The notes: a model not told the origin generated them from the sequence alone. DNA of 64,000 nucleotides from Candidatus Bathyarchaeota archaeon (GCA_963827165.1 CAWGZR010000004.1:64001-128000); one strand, 5' to 3'; positions 36,939 to 46,404 are shown, counted from the first letter of the stretch. Program-made: numbers and translations.

Positions 36939-37743
36939 TCTTGAAGAATGCCTCCCTGAGCATCCTCATCGTGTCGGCGACTTCGTCTTCTTCATGCGTC
37001 AACTTGAGGAAGACCTCTTCTAGCGTACCGTCCTTGCCATCTGTTTTGCTTCTGAGCTCAGCCAGGGTTCCTTCAGCTATTACTTTGCCTTGATAAATTA
37101 TACCGATTCTATTGCAGACCTGCTGAGCAACCTCCATGATGTGAGTTGAAAACAGAACGGCGCCGCCTTTTTGCGCATGAATCGCAACCAGCTCTTTGAC
37201 TATTCGGCTGCTTTTAGCGTCTAGACCGTTGAGGGGTTCATCTAGCAATAGGACGGGGGGTTGATGGATAAGTGAGGCGATCAGGGCGACTTTTTGCTTC
37301 ATGCCCAGCGACAGGGTTGCGATGGGCGAGTCAAAATATGGGGCCATGTCAAAAGCTGAGGCAAGTTGAGCGGTTAATTCGTTGGTGGATGCTCTGTCGG
37401 TTTTCCTGATGGATGCAACAAACTCGAGAAAATCCCGGGGCGACAAGGAATCGTAAACTATGGGGTTTTCGGCGACGTAGCCGATTTTTGATTTAACTTC
37501 GATGGGGTTTTTCGCAGGATCCAAGCCTACGACTTTGATCCAGCCGGAAGTTGGCTCTTGCAAACCTAGGATTGTTTTGATGGTTGTTGTTTTGCCTGCG
37601 CCGTTGGGTCCCAGCAGTCCGTAAACTTCTCCAGGCATTACACGTAAATTCACATTCGACAAGGCTTGAAATGAGCCGAATTGCTTGGTAAGATTGGATG
37701 TTTCAATCAGGGGCTCGGAGGATGAGCTAAATGTTTTTTGCAA
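36925..37743 (-). CDS. ABC transporter ATP-binding protein
   Basis: GPNGAGKTT, LSLGMKQK, LLLDEP, FSTH. Confidence 0.93.
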   Translation of the reverse strand: MQKTFSSSSEPLIETSNLTKQFGSFQALSNVNLRVMPGEVYGLLGPNGAGKTTTIKTILGLQEPTSGWIKVVGLDPAKNPIEVKSKIGYVAENPIVYDSLSPRDFLEFVASIRKTDRASTNELTAQLASAFDMAPYFDSPIATLSLGMKQKVALIASLIHQPPVLLLDEPLNGLDAKSSRIVKELVAIHAQKGGAVLFSTHIMEVAQQVCNRIGIIYQGKVIAEGTLAELRSKTDGKDGTLEEVFLKLTHEEDEVADTMRMLREAFFKNEPK

Positions 37744-37887
37744 CCAACCATCGCCTGCTTGGGAACCAACCTCTAGTCTTGTGGGTAAACAAATTATATC
37801 TTACTAATCCTCAATCCACAAATCCTCAAGAGTTTACTGCCAACCTGTTCTTCTGGCTAGCTAGATTCCTAATCTTTAGGTGTCGTT

Positions 37888-39165
37888 CTATTCGCTTAGC
37901 ATTTGTACTCCGTCGATTTGGCCATTGTCTGCGAAGATGCCGACGGTGACTTCATTTACGGCACCTGGATAAACCCTGTCAAGGCCAAGTATCACGTACC
38001 AGTAGGGGATCAGAGCGTCGGAGCCGGTTCGAGGATGCGGAACCATCTGAACTGAAATGGGCGTATCAAGAACCGGAAAATCCGTGTATTTTGTTCCGTT
38101 GAAATTCCAAGTCAAGGTTGAAACATAGTTTTTAGACATGGTGACCGCTTCCGACTGTGAAATGGTCAAATCGGTGCTTCCCACGGTGAACAGATAGTAG
38201 CCATCAGTCATAGTAATGAGGATGTTGTTCTGGAATTCCATCATTACGCCTTTAGCCTGATAGTCTATACCGTTCTGCGTGTACATCCACATGAACTCTG
38301 TGTCGCCGCCTGAAACGGTTATTTGAAGCGTCATGTTACCCTGCGTAACTGATGTAGGGCCGCTTGCATTTACAGCGTCTATAAGGTTAGCCATCTGGCT
38401 AAGATACGGAAAGCCAGTGAATGCCTGATACCGCTCAAGCACACCTTTGGCGGCTTGCACAACGTCATTGGGCTGGGTCTCCGTGAAAACAGGTGAGCTT
38501 TCCCCCATGTCAAGTTGGTAACGACTGAACTCATTATTTCTGAACCGCAGGTCAACATTAAAGGTATATGGTCCATTTGTTAAAGAATATGTGAGCAATT
38601 CCTCAGCCGCATCAAGTTCCGTGTTATACTGAAGAGTGTTACTGAGCAGAGAAACCGTGTATTGACTTGTGTCTATTTGAGTTACGTTCTGCAGAAAATC
38701 AGCCACTTTATTGGTGCCTATCCCCCAGGAAAGCAACTGCTGGTTTTCCGCAGCTAAGGCATTTTGTTTGCTGGACAGGTGATTCATAGACGTATATTCG
38801 ATGGTAGAAATGCTGGCTAAAATCAAAACCGCAACTAGCAGCACTGAAACCGCGGCTTTCCATTTAAAAGACAAGTGAATTCTGCGTTTAGGCTCGATTT
38901 CCGGAGCATCTTCAACACCCTTCATAGCACTTACGGTAGCCAACCCGAAAGTTGACAGCTTATACTGCCCATTATCCATCTTGTTAACAAGGTCGCCGAG
39001 GCTTTCAAGATGATAAGTCAAATTAGAAGTAGAAATATCCAGCTCTCCAGCAATATCCATAAAAGTCATAGGTTTGAGGGAAAGCATACGTATAATTTTG
39101 CGGCGAACCGGATGCTTAAGCGACGAGAACATGGTCGAGTAGATTTCATCTTCTGAACTGGCCAC
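37888..39165 (-). CDS. Membrane-tethered ArsR-type wHTH regulator with extracellular domain
   Basis: N-terminal FSSLKHPVRRKII...SNLTYHLESL...YKLSTFG; single TM at about aa 103-122; about 300-aa external domain. Confidence 0.8.
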   Translation of the reverse strand: MASSEDEIYSTMFSSLKHPVRRKIIRMLSLKPMTFMDIAGELDISTSNLTYHLESLGDLVNKMDNGQYKLSTFGLATVSAMKGVEDAPEIEPKRRIHLSFKWKAAVSVLLVAVLILASISTIEYTSMNHLSSKQNALAAENQQLLSWGIGTNKVADFLQNVTQIDTSQYTVSLLSNTLQYNTELDAAEELLTYSLTNGPYTFNVDLRFRNNEFSRYQLDMGESSPVFTETQPNDVVQAAKGVLERYQAFTGFPYLSQMANLIDAVNASGPTSVTQGNMTLQITVSGGDTEFMWMYTQNGIDYQAKGVMMEFQNNILITMTDGYYLFTVGSTDLTISQSEAVTMSKNYVSTLTWNFNGTKYTDFPVLDTPISVQMVPHPRTGSDALIPYWYVILGLDRVYPGAVNEVTVGIFADNGQIDGVQMLSE

Positions 39166-39335
39166 TGAAGCACCCGCGTAAAGTACATGGTGGTCAATCC
39201 TTAAAAAGCATATTTAAAATAACCGTAAAAAAAGTTCAAGAAAATATTTGCGGAATTTACAGCCCGCATATGCGTTATATTTTTTTAAAAAAAACAAAAA
39301 AAGAAAGAAGTTGATTTTGTAGTCGTTTGTTCGCT

Positions 39336-42062
39336 TTATGGTTTCTTTCTGAGCATAATCAACGCGAGCACTGCGCCGATTATTATTACGACAATGATGA
39401 CTGCTGCGATACCGTATTCTAAGCTTGCAGTGGATGCTATGCTTGTGAGTGGTGTAGCAGTTGGTGCTGTAGTTGCTGGAGCGCTCATAATGTTAAAGCT
39501 GCTTTCTGAGGCTGATGGCCAGTAAGCGTATGTGCCGCCGAAGTGGGCATAGACTGTGTAGTTACCTGTGATGCTTGGTGTCCATGTTAGCGAATAATGG
39601 CCGCTCTCGTCTGTTGTGGTTGTGCCTACGACGTAGGTGTTGTGGTTAGAGTCAGTTACGCCTATTGTGACTGGAACGCCGACGAATGTGGCTGGTGCTG
39701 GTTGCTGCTGGTAAACGTATCCCATCCACTGAGTCATGATCGAGTCAGCTGCGCATGGAACTCCGTTTGCAAAGTTGCCTGCCTGTTCAGTTTGTTTTGT
39801 GCCTGCGGCTACATCCATTACTGTGCCCGATATGACTACGTTGCTTCCAAGGGTTGTGGCCTGTGGTCCAGCGTTGACTGTTGTTGAGCTTGGTCCTCTG
39901 CCGACGCTGTAGATCTGGTTGTCGTAGCCGTTGAACATTATTGAATAGCCGTCTGCGATTGCGTAGCTATTTGTCAGGAATTCGCCTGTGTAATCGGAAA
40001 GTGCCCAGATTTGTAGTCCGGTTGTTGCGTTGATGCCGCGTGATACTGCGCCTTTGAAAATCGGTGTTTCTTCAGTGTGTTCGGTTGTGACAGTGTATAT
40101 TACTCCTGAACCGATTGCATTTACGAATGTTGGGTAATTGCCGAAGGGAGTTTCAAGACCTGCATTTGTGCTGTTGTCTGATCCTACTGGGCCGTTGCCG
40201 AAGGTCCATAGTAGATTTCCAGTTAGATCGTTGTAGCAGTAGAGTATTCCTGCGTAGGCGGTGCTGTAGATGTTGCCGTAAGCAATTGCGTCGCTTATAC
40301 TGCCTGACCCGTCTGAGCCATAATAGTCAAGTGACGCTTGTGGTACGGATGGTCCCCAAATTTGCTTGCCTGTATGCAAACTGTAGCCGACAAATTGAAG
40401 ACTTTCTCGGTAGTTTTCGACAAAGACGTTGTTAACAGGGTCGATTCCAGCCCACAGTACAGTAATGTTTCCTGCTGGTGGTTGAATCGTGTTTGACCAT
40501 ATCTGCGAGCCCAGTGTACCAGCGGTTGAGTTGAGGTTGATGCCGTAGTAAGTGTATGGAACGTCGCTTGATCCGCCAAAGAAGAGGTTTTCGCCAGTTG
40601 AGGGATAATTGCCAGCGCGCGCAAGCAATATGTCACCTTGGACACCTGCGGAAATAGTTAAGCCTGCTGCTGAGGATCCTATGAGAGCACCGTTGAGTGT
40701 TGCAGTGTTGAGCCACGGTATTGAAATGTTGAAGTCGTATAAGCTTGGTTCAAAAGTGGTTCCTACAGTGCCGCCTGTCCAAGCTCCATTGGTTATTGGC
40801 GGAGGTATAGTTGGCGTTGTTGATGGACCATTGTATAGGTTGTCCCAAAGCCTAGATGAATTCCATTCATACATGTACCAATTTGGCGCTGCTGCGGTTC
40901 CGTAGTTGTGGAGGGATATTGACAGATATTCGCCGTTCGGACCCAGCATTGATGTGCCCGAGGGAGGGCTCGTCATGTTAAAGAGTGCGGTTCCTGTGAA
41001 AGCATCATAGAAATTCCATTGACCAGATACACTAGCAACTAGCATTGGTGGCCAAACTCCGTGCTGATTGGCATCTTCCGGATCGTATACGTAGGCGAAA
41101 GATATTGCGGGCATGGTGGAGCTGATCCAGATTTGTTGTCCAGTTTGCAGGTTATAGCAGACGGTTGGTCCACTTGATGGTTCGGTTTGGCTGATTGGTT
41201 CTTTGAAGATGAGCATTCCGGAGACAATGATTGGATTTTGGAATTTTTGGTCGTATGCAGACCCTTCGGCGTAAGTGTTTCCAGGTATTGTGGTTGCAGT
41301 TTGTCCGACGACTCCTCCAGTGGTTAAGGGCAATGTCCACATAACGTGAGAAGTCAATGGTCCAACGTTTGTCGGTGAGCCGAATTCTTCCCCGTTGCCT
41401 CCCAAGTTAGGTCCGCCGCCGAGCGCTATGTAGCCAGGTGAACTGAAACCTAACCAGTTTGATCCGAGCGTGTACCAGGCGGTGTTTTCACCGTATATGG
41501 GTCGCGTCCAGTACGCTGTCGGAAGTGGTGTTTGTGGAAGTCCAGCTATTGGGTTTGTCTGAACAGTCAGGGTTGTCGATGCTGTTGCTGATGTATAGGT
41601 ATCGTTTATGAGTGCTGAGGCGGGATCGTTGGCGGATGTTACTGTTGTCGCTGGAAAGTTGAAGGTGAGAGTGTACGTGCCGGTCGTGGTTGGAGTGAAG
41701 AAGTAGTCGTAGTCAGATGTTGTGCTTTCAACGAGACCTAAGGTTTCCGTTGTGTTTGTACCATCTGGAGCAGTAATAACGAGTACCCAACTTGGATCGG
41801 TGGCAGTTCCTTCGCTGAATCGATAATTATTGGGTATTTCGGCATTGTTCCCGAAAATTACTTGAACCCACATGATAATTTCGACGCCTTGACCGACGCC
41901 TGTAGGATTGGGTGCCGCACTGATGTATGCATACGTTGGAATATCATACGCCGCGTGAACAGCTGGAATTAGAATCATTGAAGCGGTCATTGAAAATGCT
42001 AAGACTATCGTGATGGCAATAGCAAGAGTTCTGTTTTTACTAATTTGCAATTTTTTGTTCAT
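39336..42062 (-). CDS. Large secreted PQQ-like beta-propeller surface protein, paralog 4 (908 aa)
   Basis: Same architecture as paralogs 2 and 3; GVPCAADSIMTQWMGYVYQQQP; tail LEYGIAAVIIVVIIIGAVLALIMLRKKP. Confidence 0.9.
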   Translation of the reverse strand: MNKKLQISKNRTLAIAITIVLAFSMTASMILIPAVHAAYDIPTYAYISAAPNPTGVGQGVEIIMWVQVIFGNNAEIPNNYRFSEGTATDPSWVLVITAPDGTNTTETLGLVESTTSDYDYFFTPTTTGTYTLTFNFPATTVTSANDPASALINDTYTSATASTTLTVQTNPIAGLPQTPLPTAYWTRPIYGENTAWYTLGSNWLGFSSPGYIALGGGPNLGGNGEEFGSPTNVGPLTSHVMWTLPLTTGGVVGQTATTIPGNTYAEGSAYDQKFQNPIIVSGMLIFKEPISQTEPSSGPTVCYNLQTGQQIWISSTMPAISFAYVYDPEDANQHGVWPPMLVASVSGQWNFYDAFTGTALFNMTSPPSGTSMLGPNGEYLSISLHNYGTAAAPNWYMYEWNSSRLWDNLYNGPSTTPTIPPPITNGAWTGGTVGTTFEPSLYDFNISIPWLNTATLNGALIGSSAAGLTISAGVQGDILLARAGNYPSTGENLFFGGSSDVPYTYYGINLNSTAGTLGSQIWSNTIQPPAGNITVLWAGIDPVNNVFVENYRESLQFVGYSLHTGKQIWGPSVPQASLDYYGSDGSGSISDAIAYGNIYSTAYAGILYCYNDLTGNLLWTFGNGPVGSDNSTNAGLETPFGNYPTFVNAIGSGVIYTVTTEHTEETPIFKGAVSRGINATTGLQIWALSDYTGEFLTNSYAIADGYSIMFNGYDNQIYSVGRGPSSTTVNAGPQATTLGSNVVISGTVMDVAAGTKQTEQAGNFANGVPCAADSIMTQWMGYVYQQQPAPATFVGVPVTIGVTDSNHNTYVVGTTTTDESGHYSLTWTPSITGNYTVYAHFGGTYAYWPSASESSFNIMSAPATTAPTATPLTSIASTASLEYGIAAVIIVVIIIGAVLALIMLRKKP

Positions 42063-42093
42063 TTTTCTCTTTTCCTCTATTTTTTAATTTTTG

Positions 42094-42205
42094 GTCAGGA
42101 AAAAGCAAATTTGATAAAACACTCTTCAAAGAAGAGTGACTAATATCAAATGACAACTACCTTTATCCTAACTGCTCAAAATTATTCTCTTTCGGGGCTA
42201 AAATA
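42094..42205 (-). promoter_or_regulatory. TATA box plus long 5' leader stem-loop of paralog 4
   Basis: TATTTTAG (42205-42198), then nested inverted repeats 42094-42105/42160-42172, ATTTGATA/TATCAAAT (42109-42116/42144-42151) and CACTCTTC-AAA-GAAGAGTG (42120-42138). Confidence 0.75.
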
Positions 42206-42417
42206 GTTTATGCCAAATGAATTTTTAGTTCTAAATTAGCAACTACTATCAGTTTGTGATTGGAAAAGTTAGTTCAGAGAGAGTGACAAAAACAAATCTA
42301 AGAAAATGATTCAAACGCGTAACTTCATCGGAATAATCGGCATAAGCATGTCAAATTGTTTTAATAACACGGTTTTCAATAGTTACGAACGCTCAGTTTA
42401 GAGGCATAGAATAGTTA

Positions 42418-44343
42418 ATGCTAATCCAAGAAGTTATACTTGAAAATTTCATGAGCTATGAGTATGCTAGGGTGCCCTTCAAAAAGGGGGTAAATGTGAT
42501 TGGAGGACCCAACGGCGCAGGGAAATCCTCTCTTTTGTTGGCAATATCTGTGGGGCTGGGACAAACTTACACTGAACGTTCACGAAAACTGAGCGACCTG
42601 ATCAGGTGGGGAAAAGACCAAGGCCGAGTCACACTTATTTTAGATAACAGCAAACAGGGCAACAAGCGCCCGGTTCAAAAATACTCCAAAGATCAGCTGT
42701 TTCTCACGCGAACTCTGCGACGTGACGGCAAATACGGGTTTGAACTTGAAAACCGAGCCGTTGGCAAACAGGACGTTGAACGCTTGCTCGGCAAATTCGG
42801 CGTTGACCCTGACAACATGCTAATTATCATGCATCAAAACATGGTTGAACAATTCACCGTGTTGAGCAACATCGAAAAGCTCCGGATGGTTGAGGCGGCA
42901 GTCGGGTTGGAACCCTTCCGCGAAAACGTTGTTCAAGCAAAAACCAAGCTAACAAGAATCCTCACACAAGAGGAATCTGTGACAAAACTGCTTGAGCAAG
43001 CTCAGCAGACCCTCAATTACTGGCGCGAACAATACGATAAGTACCAAGAAAAGAAGCAACTCCAGATCAAAAGGCGTTTTCTCGAGCGAGTACTTACGTG
43101 GGCTGAAGTTGAAAAACGGGAAAGCACACTCAGAAACCTAAAGATGAACCTGACCAAAAACCAAGAAGCCATAGCCAAAATCGAAACGGAAAAAACAGAC
43201 ATACTCAACGAACTCACCACACGGCAAAACCAAAATGAAACGCTGAAAGGGAATCTAAAAGCCATTTTCGACGAGCGACTCAACATAGAACACGACATCG
43301 CCCAAAACCAATCCACCAAATCACTAATTACCCAGTTAATTGAAGAATCTCAAATACTTCAGCAAGCAATCCAAGCCAACAAAAACCAGATAAAAATTCT
43401 TAGAAACGAGAACCTCAAGGAAATGCTCAAAAACTCAGAGCTGGAACTCTCAAGCGCCAGCGAACGGGTTAAGCAGAACCAAGCGGAAATGAATTATTTG
43501 CAAGAGTCCACTGGGAAAGCATCCGATGAGATGCTTGAACAAAGGGTGAAGTTGGCTTTACTTGAGTTCAAGCGGGCAAACGCGATCGTCAACCTTAAGG
43601 AACTTGAAAAATCTCTTAAAGAAGCCCAAGAAAACTTGGATTCACTAATTGAAAAAGCCCGAGAGACAGGTGAGCGAATTGCGGCTGCAAAAAGCGCAAG
43701 CGACATCCAAGACGAAATCCGCTTAACAGAAGGGCATTTGGCGGCGCTCTCCGACGTTTCAGAGGACATTGAACGCCAGTACGAATCATACTCAAAACTT
43801 TATTTGGAACTCAAAGAAAAAGTGCAGCTTGTAGCTGAAAACCGCGAGAAAACACTCGAAGAAGTCAAAACTCGAATGCAGTCATGGAGAACCGTCATGG
43901 AAAGCCTACTTGACCGAGTAAACGTAGAGTACCAGCGAATCATGACCCAAACCTTAGCCACAGGCACTGTGCAACTTTCAAGCGCCCAAGATATCGAATC
44001 AGCCGGCTTAGAAATCGCAGTCGGATTCAAAGGCAGCAAACCTGTAGCTCTTGACGCATATACCCAAAGCGGCGGGGAACGTACAACAGCAACCATGAGT
44101 TTTCTTTTAGCGCTGCAACAACACGTGCGCTCGCCGTTCCGCGCAGTCGACGAATATGACATTCACATGGACCCTAAAAACCGTGAAATGATCGCGAAAA
44201 TCCTCCTCGCTGTCATCAAAGACGCAAACGCCCAGTACGTCGTCATCACACCCAGTCAAATCACCTTCGCCCAGCAAGACGCCAACGTTATCACCGTACA
44301 AAACACCGAGGGGAAATCAATTATCCGTGAGGTAGTTGCTTAA
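42418..44343 (+). CDS. Short SMC-family ATPase with Smc5/6-type head motifs, no hinge or zinc hook (641 aa)
   Basis: LENFMSY; Walker A GPNGAGKSS; Q-loop IMHQ; continuous coiled coil; signature QSGGER; Walker B/D-loop PFRAVDEYDIHMDPKN; ITP. Confidence 0.9.
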   Translation: MLIQEVILENFMSYEYARVPFKKGVNVIGGPNGAGKSSLLLAISVGLGQTYTERSRKLSDLIRWGKDQGRVTLILDNSKQGNKRPVQKYSKDQLFLTRTLRRDGKYGFELENRAVGKQDVERLLGKFGVDPDNMLIIMHQNMVEQFTVLSNIEKLRMVEAAVGLEPFRENVVQAKTKLTRILTQEESVTKLLEQAQQTLNYWREQYDKYQEKKQLQIKRRFLERVLTWAEVEKRESTLRNLKMNLTKNQEAIAKIETEKTDILNELTTRQNQNETLKGNLKAIFDERLNIEHDIAQNQSTKSLITQLIEESQILQQAIQANKNQIKILRNENLKEMLKNSELELSSASERVKQNQAEMNYLQESTGKASDEMLEQRVKLALLEFKRANAIVNLKELEKSLKEAQENLDSLIEKARETGERIAAAKSASDIQDEIRLTEGHLAALSDVSEDIERQYESYSKLYLELKEKVQLVAENREKTLEEVKTRMQSWRTVMESLLDRVNVEYQRIMTQTLATGTVQLSSAQDIESAGLEIAVGFKGSKPVALDAYTQSGGERTTATMSFLLALQQHVRSPFRAVDEYDIHMDPKNREMIAKILLAVIKDANAQYVVITPSQITFAQQDANVITVQNTEGKSIIREVVA

Positions 44344-45167
44344 TGCAGAAGGTTAAAGAAACCAAAGCGTTGGGCAAGGAAAGGCTAGAACGCATTATTG
44401 AAATGTGTCTCGCTATTGAAAACCGCACGGTCGAACCTTTCACGCTAAACATCGACGAAATAATTCAGGTTGTTAAGGAGTATTTTCCCCAGTGGCAAAA
44501 TCCAGAGGAACTCAGGCTTGACGCTGAAACGCTACATCACTTAGCCACGGTTATTAAAATGCAGAGCGAATGGGTGAAGCAGAGGTCAACGGCGCTCTAC
44601 ACGGATCCGTTTCTTTTGGAAGAAAAAATCCTGCGGATAGGAAAGCAAGAGATGGTTGAGGTTTTTCTGCGGGCGTGGAACCCGATTTTGGAGTTCGAAC
44701 AAATCAGCCTTAACACTTTGGCCCAGGGACTACTTTACTGGGAAGCATTGGCGCCCATCAGCGAAAGATGGAAAGACTTCGAAGCCGCGGAGGTCTCTAA
44801 CAGCTACACAAGTAGAGACGAATTAATCAAGCAACGCATCCTAAGCGACAAAGAATTCTCAGTAGAACTCAGTACTCTCTGGCAGGAACTCAAAGAATGC
44901 GTAGTTGCAAAAGGCAAAGAAGGCAAAATCGACTACTGGGACTTCATCGGCGCAGACACCTACGAACAAACCGTCCAAAAAGCGTTCTTAACAAGCTTCC
45001 TAATTACCTATGGGTTCGCAACCTTAGAAATCGACCGCCTCGAAGAGCTTGTTTTCATTGTTCCATTCCAAGAACCAAGAATTGAACCCTTAACCCAACA
45101 GTCAGAATCCGTAGCCATCGCCGTTTCAGTGGAAGACTGGCGCAGATGGAAGGAGGCCAATTCATGA
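44343..45167 (+). CDS. Kleisin-like subunit (ScpA/Nse4-like)
   Basis: TAATG coupling to the SMC gene. N-terminal VEPFTLNIDEII and LATVIKMQS resemble ScpA. C-terminal YEQTVQKAFLTSFLITYG resembles the Nse4 C-terminal wHTH. Confidence 0.7.
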   Translation: MQKVKETKALGKERLERIIEMCLAIENRTVEPFTLNIDEIIQVVKEYFPQWQNPEELRLDAETLHHLATVIKMQSEWVKQRSTALYTDPFLLEEKILRIGKQEMVEVFLRAWNPILEFEQISLNTLAQGLLYWEALAPISERWKDFEAAEVSNSYTSRDELIKQRILSDKEFSVELSTLWQELKECVVAKGKEGKIDYWDFIGADTYEQTVQKAFLTSFLITYGFATLEIDRLEELVFIVPFQEPRIEPLTQQSESVAIAVSVEDWRRWKEANS

Positions 45168-45781
45168 GCAAAAGAGGCGTCTATGGCAGTAAGATCAAGA
45201 AAGCAACTCAAATGCTCTTTTACAAACGCCATCAGAAACCAGGTGTCAGAGGCGCAGAACTCCACAAAGCATTAGGTTCAGACTATCCTAAGGTACTTGA
45301 TCTTCTCGACGACTACCTCAAACCACTGGATCTGCAAGTCAAAACCATTTTCGAAGAAGAAGAAACCTCTGAGAAACCAACTATAGAGGAACTGGACAAG
45401 GCAAGATTCTACGTGGCGTTGAGGGGCGATTTGGCGACGAAAGATAAGCTGATTGGCTGGCGTATCGATGATTTGGCAGGGTTGGCGATTACGATTTCAT
45501 TCATAATTAGTAAGAAGGGGCAAGCTTCGCGTAAAGACGTTGAGAAACTTCTTGGCGAGAAGATGGCTAACTGGAAAATCGGGTTGAACCTTGATCGCTA
45601 TGTCCGCTATGGCTATTTGGCGCAAGACGACAATGGACAGCTGTTTCTTGATTGGCGGACAAGGGCAGAAGTAGACCAGAAAGCGTTGATCAGCATGCTG
45701 CTATCAAGTGAAGCGCAAAAGGCAGAAGTTGCCGCGCCTAAAGAAGAGGCAGAAGAAGAGTCGCCAGAGGAAAACGAGTAA
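45164..45781 (+). CDS. Kite-like tandem winged-helix subunit (Nse1/Nse3/MAGE- or ScpB-like)
   Basis: ATGA overlap at 45164-45167 with GGAGG SD. LAGLAITISFIISKKGQASRKDV...YVRYGYL...LDWRTRAEV pattern; acidic tail. Confidence 0.65.
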   Translation: MSKRGVYGSKIKKATQMLFYKRHQKPGVRGAELHKALGSDYPKVLDLLDDYLKPLDLQVKTIFEEEETSEKPTIEELDKARFYVALRGDLATKDKLIGWRIDDLAGLAITISFIISKKGQASRKDVEKLLGEKMANWKIGLNLDRYVRYGYLAQDDNGQLFLDWRTRAEVDQKALISMLLSSEAQKAEVAAPKEEAEEESPEENE

Positions 45782-45915
45782 AACGCTCAAGTCGGAAGCT
45801 TGCAGGGCTATGGTTTAGTTTTGTTTTTGCATACGTGTTGTACGGGGGCGCAGTACTACATCTTAAGTCGTAATGTTTAATATACACTGCAACCCATGTT
45901 CCGAATCAACCCGAA

Positions 45916-46404
45916 GTGAAAAAAATGAGCAATGAAAAAAGATCAAAAAAAATACTCATACTTGCAACGGCATTGATGTTAGTTGCATTAGGCGCAGTCA
46001 TAGCAGTTTACGCCACCTCAATCCTCGGAACATTCACAGGTGGAAACGTTACTGTAGTGCAAATAGGAGCTCAAGTCAATTATAGCACCGACAATGACCC
46101 ATTAGGCACATGGACCACAACTCTTACAACCGATCCAGGTAGCAACTGGTACACTGAACTTGCAATCACATCAGGCTACACTGGCTCAGCAACAGTAACC
46201 TTCCAGTTACAAGAGCTAAGCGGAAGTAACTGGCAAAACACAAGCAACGGAGCCTTCACGACTGGCACAGTATCATTTACGGGATCAGCTCAGACTATTT
46301 ATGCAACATCCAGTGGCGGTAACAGCGGCAACTTAGACTGGAGCACCATCGCAACAACAGGAGGAACCTACCGAGTAGTTGCAACAGTTAATTCAGCGTC
46401 ATGA
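45916..46404 (+). CDS. Small secreted or N-anchored Thr/Gly-rich beta protein
   Basis: Basic N-terminus, hydrophobic helix, Thr/Ser/Gly-rich beta-strand body. Confidence 0.7.
   Translation: MKKMSNEKRSKKILILATALMLVALGAVIAVYATSILGTFTGGNVTVVQIGAQVNYSTDNDPLGTWTTTLTTDPGSNWYTELAITSGYTGSATVTFQLQELSGSNWQNTSNGAFTTGTVSFTGSAQTIYATSSGGNSGNLDWSTIATTGGTYRVVATVNSAS

Noticed and set aside
42418-45781. Wadjet (JetABCD), Rad50-Mre11 or canonical Smc-ScpAB
   Set aside because: No JetD/Toprim or Mre11/HerA/NurA gene nearby, no zinc hook, no hinge, and the SMC is about half canonical length.
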